From an uncultured Pelagibacteraceae bacterium (GTDB lineage: Bacteria; Pseudomonadota; Alphaproteobacteria; Pelagibacterales; Pelagibacteraceae): a stretch of DNA of 64,000 nt. Of this stretch, positions 1 through 9,316 are shown piece by piece. Under the pieces are notes generated by a model. That model was not told where the DNA came from and ran no database searches. It saw only the letters and a program-made list of their open reading frames with translations. The first letter of the stretch is position 1, and every line of letters begins with the position of its first letter. The position numbers and the translations under genes are program-made. The stretch spans positions 835-64,834 of the forward strand of contig CACKIQ010000001.1 in assembly GCA_902600245.1 (NCBI GenBank), written 5' to 3'.

Positions 1-1
1 A

Positions 2-310
2 GGAGCACCTTCACCAGTCTATAATCCGGATTGGGCTTTAAAAATTGGAATGCATGATGGAAAAAAAAGGAAATCGATTATGAAAGTTAACAGTGTTAGT
101 GGATTGTTATATGGTGTAGAGTCTGGTGTAGGATTAGCTGCACTACCAGAATATTTGGTATCAAATTCATCAAATATAATTAAAGTATTACCTAAAGTAG
201 AGGGACCAATAACGGAGGCACACTTCGTGTATCCTCAATCACTTAAAAATACAGCTAGAGTTCAAGCTTTCAGAAACTTCCTATTTAGTAAAATAGGCGA
301 TTGGAAATAG
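2..310 (+). CDS. LysR-family transcriptional regulator, C-terminal substrate-binding domain (5' partial)
   Basis: Frame is open from the window start; VESGVGLAALPEYLV...ARVQAFRNFL is a typical LTTR C-terminus. Confidence 0.85.
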   Translation, partial: GAPSPVYNPDWALKIGMHDGKKRKSIMKVNSVSGLLYGVESGVGLAALPEYLVSNSSNIIKVLPKVEGPITEAHFVYPQSLKNTARVQAFRNFLFSKIGDWK

Positions 311-368
311 ATAATTCGCAAAAATTACCGATATTATTACTAAAAACCAAATCCGCGACAATTTTGCG

Positions 369-409
369 ATTGATAATCATTCTCATTGAGAATAGTTCTC
401 ATTCTCAAC
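369..409 (+). promoter_or_regulatory. Tandem Fur-type iron boxes
   Basis: TGATAAT-C-ATTCTCA (371-385) and TGAGAAT-A-GTTCTCA (387-401) match the 7-1-7 Fur consensus TGATAAT-N-ATTATCA and lie directly upstream of an Fe(III)-binding protein gene. Confidence 0.8.
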
Positions 410-435
410 AATAACGAAATAATATAAGGAGTTTA

Positions 436-1464
436 ATGAGAAAATTATCAATTTATGCGTTAATTACCTCTTTATTTGTGGCTACTTTTGCAGTTGCAAA
501 TGAGGTTAACGTATTTAATGCCAGACATTATAAGGCTGATGCCGAAATGTATGGAAAATTTACAGCAGCTACAGGAATTAAAGTAAATTTAATAAATGGT
601 AAATCAGGAGCATTAGAAAAAAGAATAGCTGAAGAGGGAGCAGATTCTTCAGCTGATCTTTATATCACTGCGGATGCTGGAAGATGTGGTGCTATGGATG
701 CAAAAGGTTTGCTACAAGGCGGTTTATCATCTGCAACAATTAAAGCATCTGTGCCAAAAAACTTTAGAACTAACAAATGGGTTGGAGTAGCAAAAAGAGC
801 GAGAATTATTTATTACTCACCTGAGAGAGTTAGTGGTGCAGAGTTGTCAGGTTTAACTTATGAAGGTTTAGCTGATCCAAAATGGAAAGGTAGACTAGTA
901 ATAAGAAAATCTAGTAATATTTATAATAAATCACTTGTAGCTTCATTGATTGCGAATAATGGAAAAAAAGCTACAGCCGAATGGGCAAGAGGTGTTGTTT
1001 CTAATATGGCAAGAGAGCCAAAAGGAAACGATAGAGCCCAAATTATGGCAGTAGCAGCAGGTGAAGCTGATATTGCTGTAGCTAACACTTATTATTTAGC
1101 ACTTATGCTTTCTGGTAAAAAAGGTGCTGAACAACAAGAAGCTGCAAAAAAAGTTAAAGCGTTTTTCCCTAACCAACAAGGTAGAGGCACACATATGAAT
1201 ATTAGTTGTGCTGCTCTTGTTAAAGGTGCGCCTAACAAAGCAAATGCTATTGCTCTTGTTGACTTTTTATTATCAGCAGAATCTCAAGAACATTTTACAA
1301 ATAATACGTTTGAGTTTCCAATGATAGGTGGTGTTTCTCCAAATCCGTTGGTGGTAAATAATTTAGGGCTAGATTTTAAACAAGATTTAGCAACTAAAGT
1401 TTCAACTTATGGAAAAAATCAAGCTGCTGCATTAGAAGTTATGACAGCTGCTGGCTGGAAGTAA
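436..1464 (+). CDS. sfuC: Fe(III) ABC transporter substrate-binding protein (FutA/FbpA/SfuC family)
   Basis: Signal peptide; ARHY, SSNIYNKSL, GNDRAQI and ANTYY motifs of FutA-type proteins. Confidence 0.92.
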   Translation: MRKLSIYALITSLFVATFAVANEVNVFNARHYKADAEMYGKFTAATGIKVNLINGKSGALEKRIAEEGADSSADLYITADAGRCGAMDAKGLLQGGLSSATIKASVPKNFRTNKWVGVAKRARIIYYSPERVSGAELSGLTYEGLADPKWKGRLVIRKSSNIYNKSLVASLIANNGKKATAEWARGVVSNMAREPKGNDRAQIMAVAAGEADIAVANTYYLALMLSGKKGAEQQEAAKKVKAFFPNQQGRGTHMNISCAALVKGAPNKANAIALVDFLLSAESQEHFTNNTFEFPMIGGVSPNPLVVNNLGLDFKQDLATKVSTYGKNQAAALEVMTAAGWK

Positions 1465-1470
1465 TAAATA

Positions 1471-1656
1471 GTGAAAAAGAATTTATTTAATTTTAATTTA
1501 AGTAATTCTTCTGTTATGAGCGGTTCACTCGAGGGTCAGATAACATGTGAACCATGCTCATCAGAGTGTGAAAAAATTAAAAGAAAAATAAATAATAGAA
1601 AATTATCTGAGATTGAAAAAGACGAGGCCCTAGACATCCTCACTCCTTTTAAATGA
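1471..1656 (+). CDS. Small hypothetical protein with CxxCxxxC motif
   Basis: 61 aa ORF (GTG start) filling the gap 6 bp after the sfuC stop; contains CEPCSSEC. Confidence 0.5.
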   Translation: MKKNLFNFNLSNSSVMSGSLEGQITCEPCSSECEKIKRKINNRKLSEIEKDEALDILTPFK

Positions 1657-1676
1657 TGATATATTTCTTTTTAGAC

Positions 1677-1736
1677 AGTGCCCACGTCACTCTCCTCTAG
1701 GATTTTTACCCTTTCCTAGAAATTGTCGTGGGCATT
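1677..1736 (+). other. GC-rich interrupted stem-loop, candidate cis-regulatory RNA
   Basis: GTGCCCACG (1678-1686) pairs with CGTGGGCAT (1727-1735); inner TCTAGGA (1696-1702) pairs with TCCTAGA (1714-1720). Confidence 0.55.
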
Positions 1737-1744
1737 AAATAAAT

Positions 1745-2290
1745 ATGATTGAAGGATTTAAAATACCCAAAGTAACTTTTAGAATAAGGGAAGGTGATAC
1801 TTCGGATAATGAAATTGCATGTGCAATTGGAGGAAAGTGGATAAATAAGTCTACAGATGATTTTTTTAAAAATAAAAGAGTAATTTTATTCAGTTTACCT
1901 GGCGCTTTTACACCAACTTGTTCCTCTCAACAATTACCTGGGTTTGAACAAAATGCTAATGATTTAAAAAAACTAGGTATTGATGAAATTTATTGTTGTT
2001 CAGTAAATGACTCTTACGTAATGAATGCTTGGGTTAAAAAGATGAATATTTCTAACATAAAAGTAATTCCAGATGGTTCAGGACTTTTTACAAAATATAT
2101 GGGAATGCTAATTTCAAAAGATCATGATGGATTTGGTCAGAGAAGTTGGCGATATATGGCAGTTATTAATGATGGTATTGTTGAAAAATGGTGGCAAGAG
2201 CCAGGAATTAATAATTCAGGTTCTGATGATGATCCATATACAGAAACAACACCAGAAAACACACTAAAATACCTTTCTGCATCAAAGTAA
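1745..2290 (+). CDS. Peroxiredoxin (Prx5/redoxin type)
   Basis: LPGAFTPTCS active-site motif; SVNDSYVMNAW; RSWRY. Confidence 0.93.
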   Translation: MIEGFKIPKVTFRIREGDTSDNEIACAIGGKWINKSTDDFFKNKRVILFSLPGAFTPTCSSQQLPGFEQNANDLKKLGIDEIYCCSVNDSYVMNAWVKKMNISNIKVIPDGSGLFTKYMGMLISKDHDGFGQRSWRYMAVINDGIVEKWWQEPGINNSGSDDDPYTETTPENTLKYLSASK

Positions 2291-2330
2291 AATTATATTA
2301 AAAAAATTTTTTTATATTATAAGACCCTTA

Positions 2331-3956
2331 ATGGTAAAAAATTTTAATATTTGGTTTCTCTCATCCTTATTGATTTCTCTAGGTGTATTAATTCCAATAG
2401 TTACTGTTTTTTTTAGTTTTTTTGAGGAAACTTCAAATTATTATCAAATATTAAAAGATACTTTTTTATTTGAATATATTTTTAACTCTTTTGTCCTATT
2501 AGTTTGTGTTTTGGTCTTAACTTTTTTAATAGGAACCACTTGCGCATATTTAGTTTCATTTTATAAATTTCCTTTTAGTAATTTCTTTAAATGGGCACTT
2601 ATCCTTTCTTTTGCTGTCCCTCCCTATATTTATGCATTTTCTCTGACAGCTTTTTTTGAAAATTACGGTACAGCTTTTACAATTTTAACGAATTTATTTG
2701 GGGAAGGAGAATATAACAAAAATATTCCAAAATTTGATGGTCTTCTTGGAGCAGTTCTTTCACTATCATTCTCATTATATGCTTATGTATACATTCTTTC
2801 TAGAGCATCATTTTTGTATCAATCTCAAAACTTAATAGATCTAGGAAGAAGTTTAGGTTTTTCAAAATTCAAATCTTTATATTCTTTGATATTACCAGCC
2901 GCTAGACCAGCTATAGTTGCCGGGTTATCCTTAGTTGCAATGGAGACACTAGCAGAATTTGGTGCGGTTGATTTCTTTTCAATTAATACTCTAACCACTG
3001 GTATTTATAATGCTTGGATTACATTTGATGATTTAGCTTTTTCAAATAGGTTATCATTTTTCTTGCTTATATTTATATTTGCATGTTTTATAATTGAAAA
3101 TTATTCAAGAAAAAAAGCTAAGTACCATTTTAATTCAAGAGGTGGATTTAAACAAAAAGAAAAAATAAACTTAACGGGAAAAAAATCTTTTTTTGCATTT
3201 TTGTTTTGTTTTATTATTTTCTTTTTAAGTTTTTTATTTCCTTTAAGCCAAATGTTATATTGGACAATTAAGTTTCCAGAAAACTTTTTTGATCTTGATG
3301 TAATTTCACTTACTTTAAATACGATTTATTTAGTCCTTTTATCTAGCCTTGTATTGATTTTATTTTCTTTGATTTCAAATTATGGAAATAGAGTTTCTAA
3401 AAATAAAATTTTAAATTTTTTATCAACAATATCTATTTCAGGTTATGCTATTCCAGGTGTTATTCTGGCAGTAGCATTTATTTCATTCATTGCTTGGTTT
3501 GATGAAAATATTGTTAAGACTTTAGGATTTATATCTATTAAAAAAATCTTTATCGGTTCTGTTCTTGGACTGGTTTTAGTTTACTTTGTCAGATTTTATT
3601 CATTAGCATTTAATGGAATAAAATCAGGTTACGAAAAAATAAATATTTCAGTCGATGAAAGCTCATATTTGCTTGGTTATTCCAAGCAAAAAACTTTTCT
3701 TAATATTCATGTTCCTTTTCTGAGAAATTCACTTTTATTTGTGGCAATATTGATTTCCCTAGAAATTATAAGAGAGCTTCCAATAACCCTTATTTTAAGA
3801 CCATTTAATTTTGAAACTTTTGCAACAACTGCCTATATATCTGCGTCTGAGGATTTACTAGAGGCTGCAGCAGTTCCATCATTATTTTTAATTTTAATTG
3901 CAACTATATTTATTATATTTACATCTAAATATATTCTTAGAGAAAATGAAAAATAA
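2331..3956 (+). CDS. sfuB: Fe(III) ABC transporter permease
   Basis: Duplicated permease domains with EAA-like loops; LRPFNFETFAT motif of FbpB/FutB. Confidence 0.9.
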   Translation: MVKNFNIWFLSSLLISLGVLIPIVTVFFSFFEETSNYYQILKDTFLFEYIFNSFVLLVCVLVLTFLIGTTCAYLVSFYKFPFSNFFKWALILSFAVPPYIYAFSLTAFFENYGTAFTILTNLFGEGEYNKNIPKFDGLLGAVLSLSFSLYAYVYILSRASFLYQSQNLIDLGRSLGFSKFKSLYSLILPAARPAIVAGLSLVAMETLAEFGAVDFFSINTLTTGIYNAWITFDDLAFSNRLSFFLLIFIFACFIIENYSRKKAKYHFNSRGGFKQKEKINLTGKKSFFAFLFCFIIFFLSFLFPLSQMLYWTIKFPENFFDLDVISLTLNTIYLVLLSSLVLILFSLISNYGNRVSKNKILNFLSTISISGYAIPGVILAVAFISFIAWFDENIVKTLGFISIKKIFIGSVLGLVLVYFVRFYSLAFNGIKSGYEKINISVDESSYLLGYSKQKTFLNIHVPFLRNSLLFVAILISLEIIRELPITLILRPFNFETFATTAYISASEDLLEAAAVPSLFLILIATIFIIFTSKYILRENEK

Positions 3957-5007
3957 TTTTTTAGAAATTAAAAATGTTGATTTTACAATTGGTGGAAAAT
4001 CCAAGGTTAAAAATGCTTCATTTGTCATAGAAAATGAGGGAGAAACTTTATGTATTTTAGGTCCTTCAGGAATTGGAAAAACTACAATATTAAGAACTAT
4101 AGCTGGTTTAGAAGAAATTGAAAAAGGTTCAATTAAATTAAACGGAAAATTAATATCATCAAAAGATAAACACGTTGAACCTGAATATAGAAATATTTCT
4201 TTAGCTTTTCAGGATAATAGCTTGTTTCCACATTACACTGTGGAAAAAAATATATTGTTAGGCACTGAGAGGAATAAAACAAAAAAGAAAAAAAAACTAA
4301 CTTTTAAAGAAATTGTTGATTTACTTGATATTTCGAAAATACTTGAAAAATATCCCCATGAAATAAGTGCTGGAGAGGCACAAAGAGCTTCTCTTGCGAG
4401 ATCTTTATTAACACAACCTGATCTTTTGTTATTAGATGAGCCATTATCAAATGTTGACCAAAGTTTTAAAGAAGAAATTCAAGTAAGATTGAAAAAAATT
4501 TTAAGTAAATTAAAAATTACAACAATAATTGTAACCCATGACTCTTATGAGGCTTTTTATTTAGGGCATAAATGTGCAATTATATTAGATGGTCAAATTA
4601 AACAGTTTGATGATCCATATAATGTGTATCATTTTCCAAATTCAGTAGAGGTGGTGAATTTTTTAAATCGTGGAATTCTAATTCCAGCGAAAGTTACAGG
4701 AGAAAACTCACTAGAAAATAAAGATCTTGGAACAATAAATGGGAATTTTATTAAGCATTATCCAAAAGGATCGAAGGTACAATTATTATTACAGCCAGAG
4801 GATCTTGAGCACGATGATAAAAGCAATTTAAAATTAGAGGTTGTTGACAGAAAATTTAGAGGTACCAACTTTATTTACACCTTAAAAACTAGTAGTGATT
4901 TACTAATACCAGTATTTGTTCATTCTCATCATGAGCATCAGCATGAAGCTGACGAAAAGTTTGGAATTAAAAGACCGATTCATATTGATCACATAGTTTG
5001 TTTTTAA
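3946..5007 (+). CDS. sfuA: Fe(III) ABC transporter ATP-binding protein
   Basis: GPSGIGKTT, ISAGEAQR, LLLLDEP; likely start is ATG 3946, overlapping the permease stop; His-rich C-terminus. Confidence 0.9.
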   Translation: MKNNFLEIKNVDFTIGGKSKVKNASFVIENEGETLCILGPSGIGKTTILRTIAGLEEIEKGSIKLNGKLISSKDKHVEPEYRNISLAFQDNSLFPHYTVEKNILLGTERNKTKKKKKLTFKEIVDLLDISKILEKYPHEISAGEAQRASLARSLLTQPDLLLLDEPLSNVDQSFKEEIQVRLKKILSKLKITTIIVTHDSYEAFYLGHKCAIILDGQIKQFDDPYNVYHFPNSVEVVNFLNRGILIPAKVTGENSLENKDLGTINGNFIKHYPKGSKVQLLLQPEDLEHDDKSNLKLEVVDRKFRGTNFIYTLKTSSDLLIPVFVHSHHEHQHEADEKFGIKRPIHIDHIVCF

Positions 5008-5019
5008 TAAAACAAGCAA

Positions 5020-5706
5020 ATGCTTTCAAAAAAACAATTATTTACCAGAGGTATGGTGGATATTTCTCCACATATGTTGTCAGTAATTCCATTTGGAATT
5101 ATTTGTGGAGCTATCGGTGTTGAACTAGGTTTTGATCCTTATTTAGTTTATGCAATGTCCTTCATTATTTTTGGAGGTGCTTCACAAATAGTTTTTTTGC
5201 AGCTTTTATCAGGAGGTGCATCAAGCTTAGTTGCTGTTACTTCTGTTGGAATTATAAATTCTCGACATTTATTATATGGAGCAGTTTTATCTGAATATCT
5301 CGAAAAATTATCTTTTATAAAAAAATTATTAATATCATATGTGATAGTTGATCAGGGCTTTGCAGAGTCTAATAAATTTTTTAAAAAAAATAAATCTGAA
5401 GAATATTTACATTATCATTTAATAGGCACTGGCTGCACGATGTGGGTTTGTTGGCAAATTGCTACACTTTCAGGAATTATTTTAGGATCATTTGTTCCTG
5501 AGGAACTTGGATTAAAATTTGCCATTCCTCTGACATTTATTGCAATCGTTGTACAAGATTTAAAAAAAATTGATCATGTAATTGTGATGATTACTTGTGG
5601 TTTAAGCTCATTGTTATTTTTTGATGCACCATTTAAATCTTATATTATTATTTCACCAGTTATTGCTTTATTTGTAGCTTCTTTACTATTGAGGTTAAAA
5701 AAGTGA
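5020..5706 (+). CDS. azlC: AzlC-family branched-chain amino acid exporter permease
   Basis: FGGASQ and INSRHLLYG motifs; multiple TM segments. Confidence 0.88.
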   Translation: MLSKKQLFTRGMVDISPHMLSVIPFGIICGAIGVELGFDPYLVYAMSFIIFGGASQIVFLQLLSGGASSLVAVTSVGIINSRHLLYGAVLSEYLEKLSFIKKLLISYVIVDQGFAESNKFFKKNKSEEYLHYHLIGTGCTMWVCWQIATLSGIILGSFVPEELGLKFAIPLTFIAIVVQDLKKIDHVIVMITCGLSSLLFFDAPFKSYIIISPVIALFVASLLLRLKK

Positions 5707-6020
5707 CTTTAGTATCAATTATCTTTGCTGGTGTATTAACTTACTTTACTAGAATGACTATGGTTGCATTAATTAGTAGAGATATGTTGGGAGATAAAAT
5801 TAAATCTGTTTTAGAATATGTTCCATCTGCAGTATTTCCAGCAATAATTTTTCCTGGAATATTTATAAATGATTATGGGACCTTTATAGAAATGAATGAT
5901 CCAAAAATTTTTGGAGCATTAGTTGCAGTTATTGTAGGTTATTTTTCAAAAAATATTATTGCAACTATTTTAGCGGGATTAGTTTCTTATTGGTTTTTAA
6001 TTTTTGTGATTTTTAGTTAG
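5703..6020 (+). CDS. azlD: AzlD domain protein
   Basis: Small membrane protein with TYFTR and LEYVPSAV; overlaps azlC. Confidence 0.85.
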   Translation: MTLVSIIFAGVLTYFTRMTMVALISRDMLGDKIKSVLEYVPSAVFPAIIFPGIFINDYGTFIEMNDPKIFGALVAVIVGYFSKNIIATILAGLVSYWFLIFVIFS

Positions 6021-6696
6021 CACCTAATTTAATATTACTTCTAATATTGCTATCCATTAACTCAGGTTTAGATAAATTAAGATTTGACATTATTTCAGCA
6101 TATTCATCAGCATTATTAACTTGAAGTCTTGGATTTGATTTTTTTTCATTACCAATAGTACTAACAAGTTTACCGTTATAGTCATGTCCTGGATAAAGAA
6201 AAGTATCCTCAGGTAGTTTAAGCAATTTATTAAACAAAGAATTATAAGCATCTTTTGAACTACCATTTTGAAAATCTGTCCTACCTGTTCCATTAATTAA
6301 AAGGGTATCTCCAGAAAATAAATATTTATCCATTAAAAAACTGTAGCTGTCTGAAGTATGACCAGGTGTATACAATGCTTTAATTTCAATTTGATCAATT
6401 TTAATTATTTCTTCATCTTTTACTTTGACTTCTACCGCATCAGCAGGCGTGTGTTCTCCCATGATTGTGGAGCAATTTGTAACTTTTTTTAATTTTGAAG
6501 CACCTGTTATGTGGTCTGCATGAATATGTGTATCAATTACTTTTACAAGTTTAAGATCCAATTCATTAAGTAAAGTTATATAGCTATCAACATTTTCAAT
6601 AACTGGATCAATAATTACTGCTTCGCGACCTTTTGCCGATGCAATTAAATAAGTGTAGGTAGACGATTTTTTATCAAATACTTGTTTAAAAATCAT
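6013..6696 (-). CDS. MBL-fold metallo-hydrolase, persulfide dioxygenase (ETHE1)-like
   Basis: SSTYTYL, DTHIHADHITG, TPGHT, GRTDFQ, PGHDY, NPRL. Confidence 0.85.
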   Translation of the reverse strand: MIFKQVFDKKSSTYTYLIASAKGREAVIIDPVIENVDSYITLLNELDLKLVKVIDTHIHADHITGASKLKKVTNCSTIMGEHTPADAVEVKVKDEEIIKIDQIEIKALYTPGHTSDSYSFLMDKYLFSGDTLLINGTGRTDFQNGSSKDAYNSLFNKLLKLPEDTFLYPGHDYNGKLVSTIGNEKKSNPRLQVNNADEYAEIMSNLNLSKPELMDSNIRSNIKLGAN

Positions 6697-6718
6697 TTTT
6701 CATTAATATCAAATTATT

Positions 6719-7162
6719 GTGAATACCTCTACTGCTACATTTAATTGGTCTTGCAAACATGCTTGGAAAAGAAGCGCAAAAAATACCGCTTGGTGTGTAT
6801 TAGGTTGTGCTATAGGTGATTTTGGTACAATTTTATTTTTTCAATTAACCGAAATTCCTTTTCCAGTTTTAGGAATTATGATTTTAGCAATCATTAATGG
6901 TTTGATTACAAGTATTATTTTAGAAACAATTATTTTAATGACACAAAATTTTAATTTTATTAATGCGTTTAAAACTGCTTGTGGAATGAGTTTAATATCG
7001 ATGATCAGTATGGAAATTATGATGAATTTTACAGATTATGTTTTGACTGGCGGTGCCATATTAACTTGGTGGGTTGTTCCAATAATGTTAATTGTTGGTT
7101 TTTTAACTCCTTGGCCTTACAATTATTGGAGATTAAAAAAATATGGAGTTGCTTGTCATTAA
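6719..7162 (+). CDS. DUF4396-like membrane protein
   Basis: TAWCVLGCAIGD, MSLISMISME and PWPYNYWRL pattern. Confidence 0.7.
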   Translation: MNTSTATFNWSCKHAWKRSAKNTAWCVLGCAIGDFGTILFFQLTEIPFPVLGIMILAIINGLITSIILETIILMTQNFNFINAFKTACGMSLISMISMEIMMNFTDYVLTGGAILTWWVVPIMLIVGFLTPWPYNYWRLKKYGVACH

Positions 7163-7163
7163 T

Positions 7164-7691
7164 TTAGAGCATTCTTTTCAATAAATTATCTTTAAATAAC
7201 AATCTGTGAGCTATCACTGCTAAAATATGAAGAGATATTAGAGCTATAATTGTATAATTTGAATATATATGAATATTATAAAATTGATCTGCTAATTCAA
7301 AATTGTCTTTAATTTTTATTTCTTTGAAAAAAATAATTAAAGTTTCTCCATTAAATAATTTTTTTAAAATACCCGAAATAGTTATTGATAAAATTGCCAC
7401 ATATAAAAGCACATGGTTTAATTTTGCTAAAAACTTTTGTCCAACAAAAATACCTGGAGCTAGTTTAGGTGAAGGATTAAGTATTTTATTTATTAGCCTT
7501 AAAATTACTAAATAAAATACAGTTAAACCTAATATTACATGAATATTTTCTATAGTAATTCTCTCTTCACCAAAATCTAAATCAACTAAGTAAAAACCCA
7601 ATGGTATCTGTACAATGAGAACGACAGCACTCATCCAATGTAACAACTTTGAAATGAGACCGTATTCTGTTACAGTATTTGTGATATGCAT
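7164..7691 (-). CDS. Cytochrome b561
   Basis: YGLISKLLHW start; four TM helices with conserved His. Confidence 0.88.
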   Translation of the reverse strand: MHITNTVTEYGLISKLLHWMSAVVLIVQIPLGFYLVDLDFGEERITIENIHVILGLTVFYLVILRLINKILNPSPKLAPGIFVGQKFLAKLNHVLLYVAILSITISGILKKLFNGETLIIFFKEIKIKDNFELADQFYNIHIYSNYTIIALISLHILAVIAHRLLFKDNLLKRML

Positions 7692-8153
7692 AAATTATTT
7701 AAACACATTACTTCATTCATTAAAATATTATTATTGTCAATTTTATCTGTCTTTTTGGTCTCAACCACTAATGCTGAACAAAGTGTTGAGGACATTATAA
7801 AGGGAAGGCAAGCATTATTTAGCAAGAATTATAGCACGGCTAAAAGAGTCCAATCATATGCATCAAATGGAGATTTTGATGAGTCAATAGAATTAATGTT
7901 AGAAATGAGTGAGAATTACAAAGTTTTGATTGATTTATTTCCTGAAAACACCAAAGAGGGATTTAAAACAGAAGCCTTACCAATCATTTGGGAAGAAAAA
8001 AATGCTTTTAATGCTCTAATGAAAAAAGCATCTGACGATATGATTACACTTGCATCTGTTATTGAAGATAGCGATGATATTCGAGGTACATTAAAACAAT
8101 TAATGTGGAGCAATTGTAAAGCTTGTCATAGCAAGTACCGGGTGCCCCATTAA
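7686..8153 (+). CDS. Cytochrome c' / c556 (class II cytochrome c)
   Basis: Signal peptide; TEALPIIW; C-terminal CKACH followed by YR. Confidence 0.9.
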   Translation: MHKLFKHITSFIKILLLSILSVFLVSTTNAEQSVEDIIKGRQALFSKNYSTAKRVQSYASNGDFDESIELMLEMSENYKVLIDLFPENTKEGFKTEALPIIWEEKNAFNALMKKASDDMITLASVIEDSDDIRGTLKQLMWSNCKACHSKYRVPH

Positions 8154-8164
8154 AATTTACTTTT

Positions 8165-8208
8165 AAGGGTTCGCTCTTTAAGCAAATACCTAAAGAGCTC
8201 CCTTTTTT
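8165..8208 (+). terminator. Rho-independent terminator after cytochrome c'
   Basis: GGGTTCGCTCTTTA / TAAAGAGCTCCC stem followed by T6. Confidence 0.7.
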
Positions 8209-8444
8209 AAGCCTCTTTGGCATTTTAATCCAAACGGATTTTAATGTTATTAACTTTTTTGGTATTTTAAAGACTTCAGCTAAGTATCAGGTGGTGAAAG
8301 TATTAACATAAACCTCCTTCTAAAAAAAAGGTAATTATATTTAATAAAAATTCAATAAATTTATTTCAGTTTTGGTTAAATAAAATTCTTGAATACAACC
8401 TAATGCTTTAGTAGATTCCCGGTATCTTATATATCTAGTTTTAA

Positions 8445-9302
8445 TTATTTTTTATTAATCAATTCACTAATAAAATTTTCACCAAAACCGTTATCAACAG
8501 CTTTTTGAAAATAGTTTTTGTTAACTTCAGCAACTTTTTCTGCTTCAGGAAAATCTTTTAATAAGTCTTGAATATAAGTTAAATCTTTTACAGAATTACT
8601 GGCGGTAAATTTAAATCCAGTAAAATCTCCTTTTAATAAACTATCAAAAACTCTATTTAGAGCAGCAGAATTACCAGAACCAAGCTTAGCAACATCAAAA
8701 ACCTTTTTTAAATCCAAACCCATTTCTTTAGCACTTTTAGCTAAATGATTAACTAATGCAGCATTTCCAAGGGATAAAAAATTATTTAAAAGTTTCGATT
8801 TTGCACCCATCCCAACAGTTCCAAAATGAAAATATTCTTTACAAAAAAACTTAAAATAGGGTTCAGCTATTTTAAAATTTACATCTGATGCTCCTACTAT
8901 TCCTCCTAAAACTCCTTCTTCAGCTTGAACAGGACCACCCATTACAGGACATTCAACATACTTAATATTATTTTTCTTAAATATAACTTCAGTTTCTATA
9001 GAACCAGTTTTGTTATGTGTTGTGATATCAATAATTATAGTTTTATTGTTTAAAATCGCTGAAATTTTTTCAGATATTGATTTTGCAATCGGGGTATTTG
9101 TTACACACATAAACAAAGCATCGAGATTTTTATCTGCAAAATCCTCAAAAGATTTTACTTCTTCTGCACCATCGCTAATAATTTTTTCAATTGGTTTTCT
9201 GTTTTTATTTGCAATAACAAAAAGTTTATTTTTATGTTTCAAAATGTTTTTGGCTATTCCATAGCCCATATAACCAACACCAATAAATCCAATATTTTTC
9301 AT
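8445..9302 (-). CDS. NAD(P)-dependent oxidoreductase, 3-hydroxyisobutyrate/6-PGDH family
   Basis: IGFIGVGYMG, CPVMGG, KLLNN. Confidence 0.85.
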   Translation of the reverse strand: MKNIGFIGVGYMGYGIAKNILKHKNKLFVIANKNRKPIEKIISDGAEEVKSFEDFADKNLDALFMCVTNTPIAKSISEKISAILNNKTIIIDITTHNKTGSIETEVIFKKNNIKYVECPVMGGPVQAEEGVLGGIVGASDVNFKIAEPYFKFFCKEYFHFGTVGMGAKSKLLNNFLSLGNAALVNHLAKSAKEMGLDLKKVFDVAKLGSGNSAALNRVFDSLLKGDFTGFKFTASNSVKDLTYIQDLLKDFPEAEKVAEVNKNYFQKAVDNGFGENFISELINKK

Positions 9303-9316
9303 ATTTGTTTCAATAA

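Noticed and set aside
316-370. Inverted repeat TCGCAAAAATT / AATTTTGCGA as a terminator or mobile-element end
   Set aside because: Long unpaired spacer, AT-rich arms and no second copy seen; it may be part of the sfuC promoter but is not supportable as a separate feature
1654-1736. TGA-TGA followed by a hairpin as a selenocysteine/SECIS signal
   Set aside because: The TGAs are not at a Cys-like catalytic position, an in-frame TAG follows within a few codons, and the peroxiredoxin has a normal Cys
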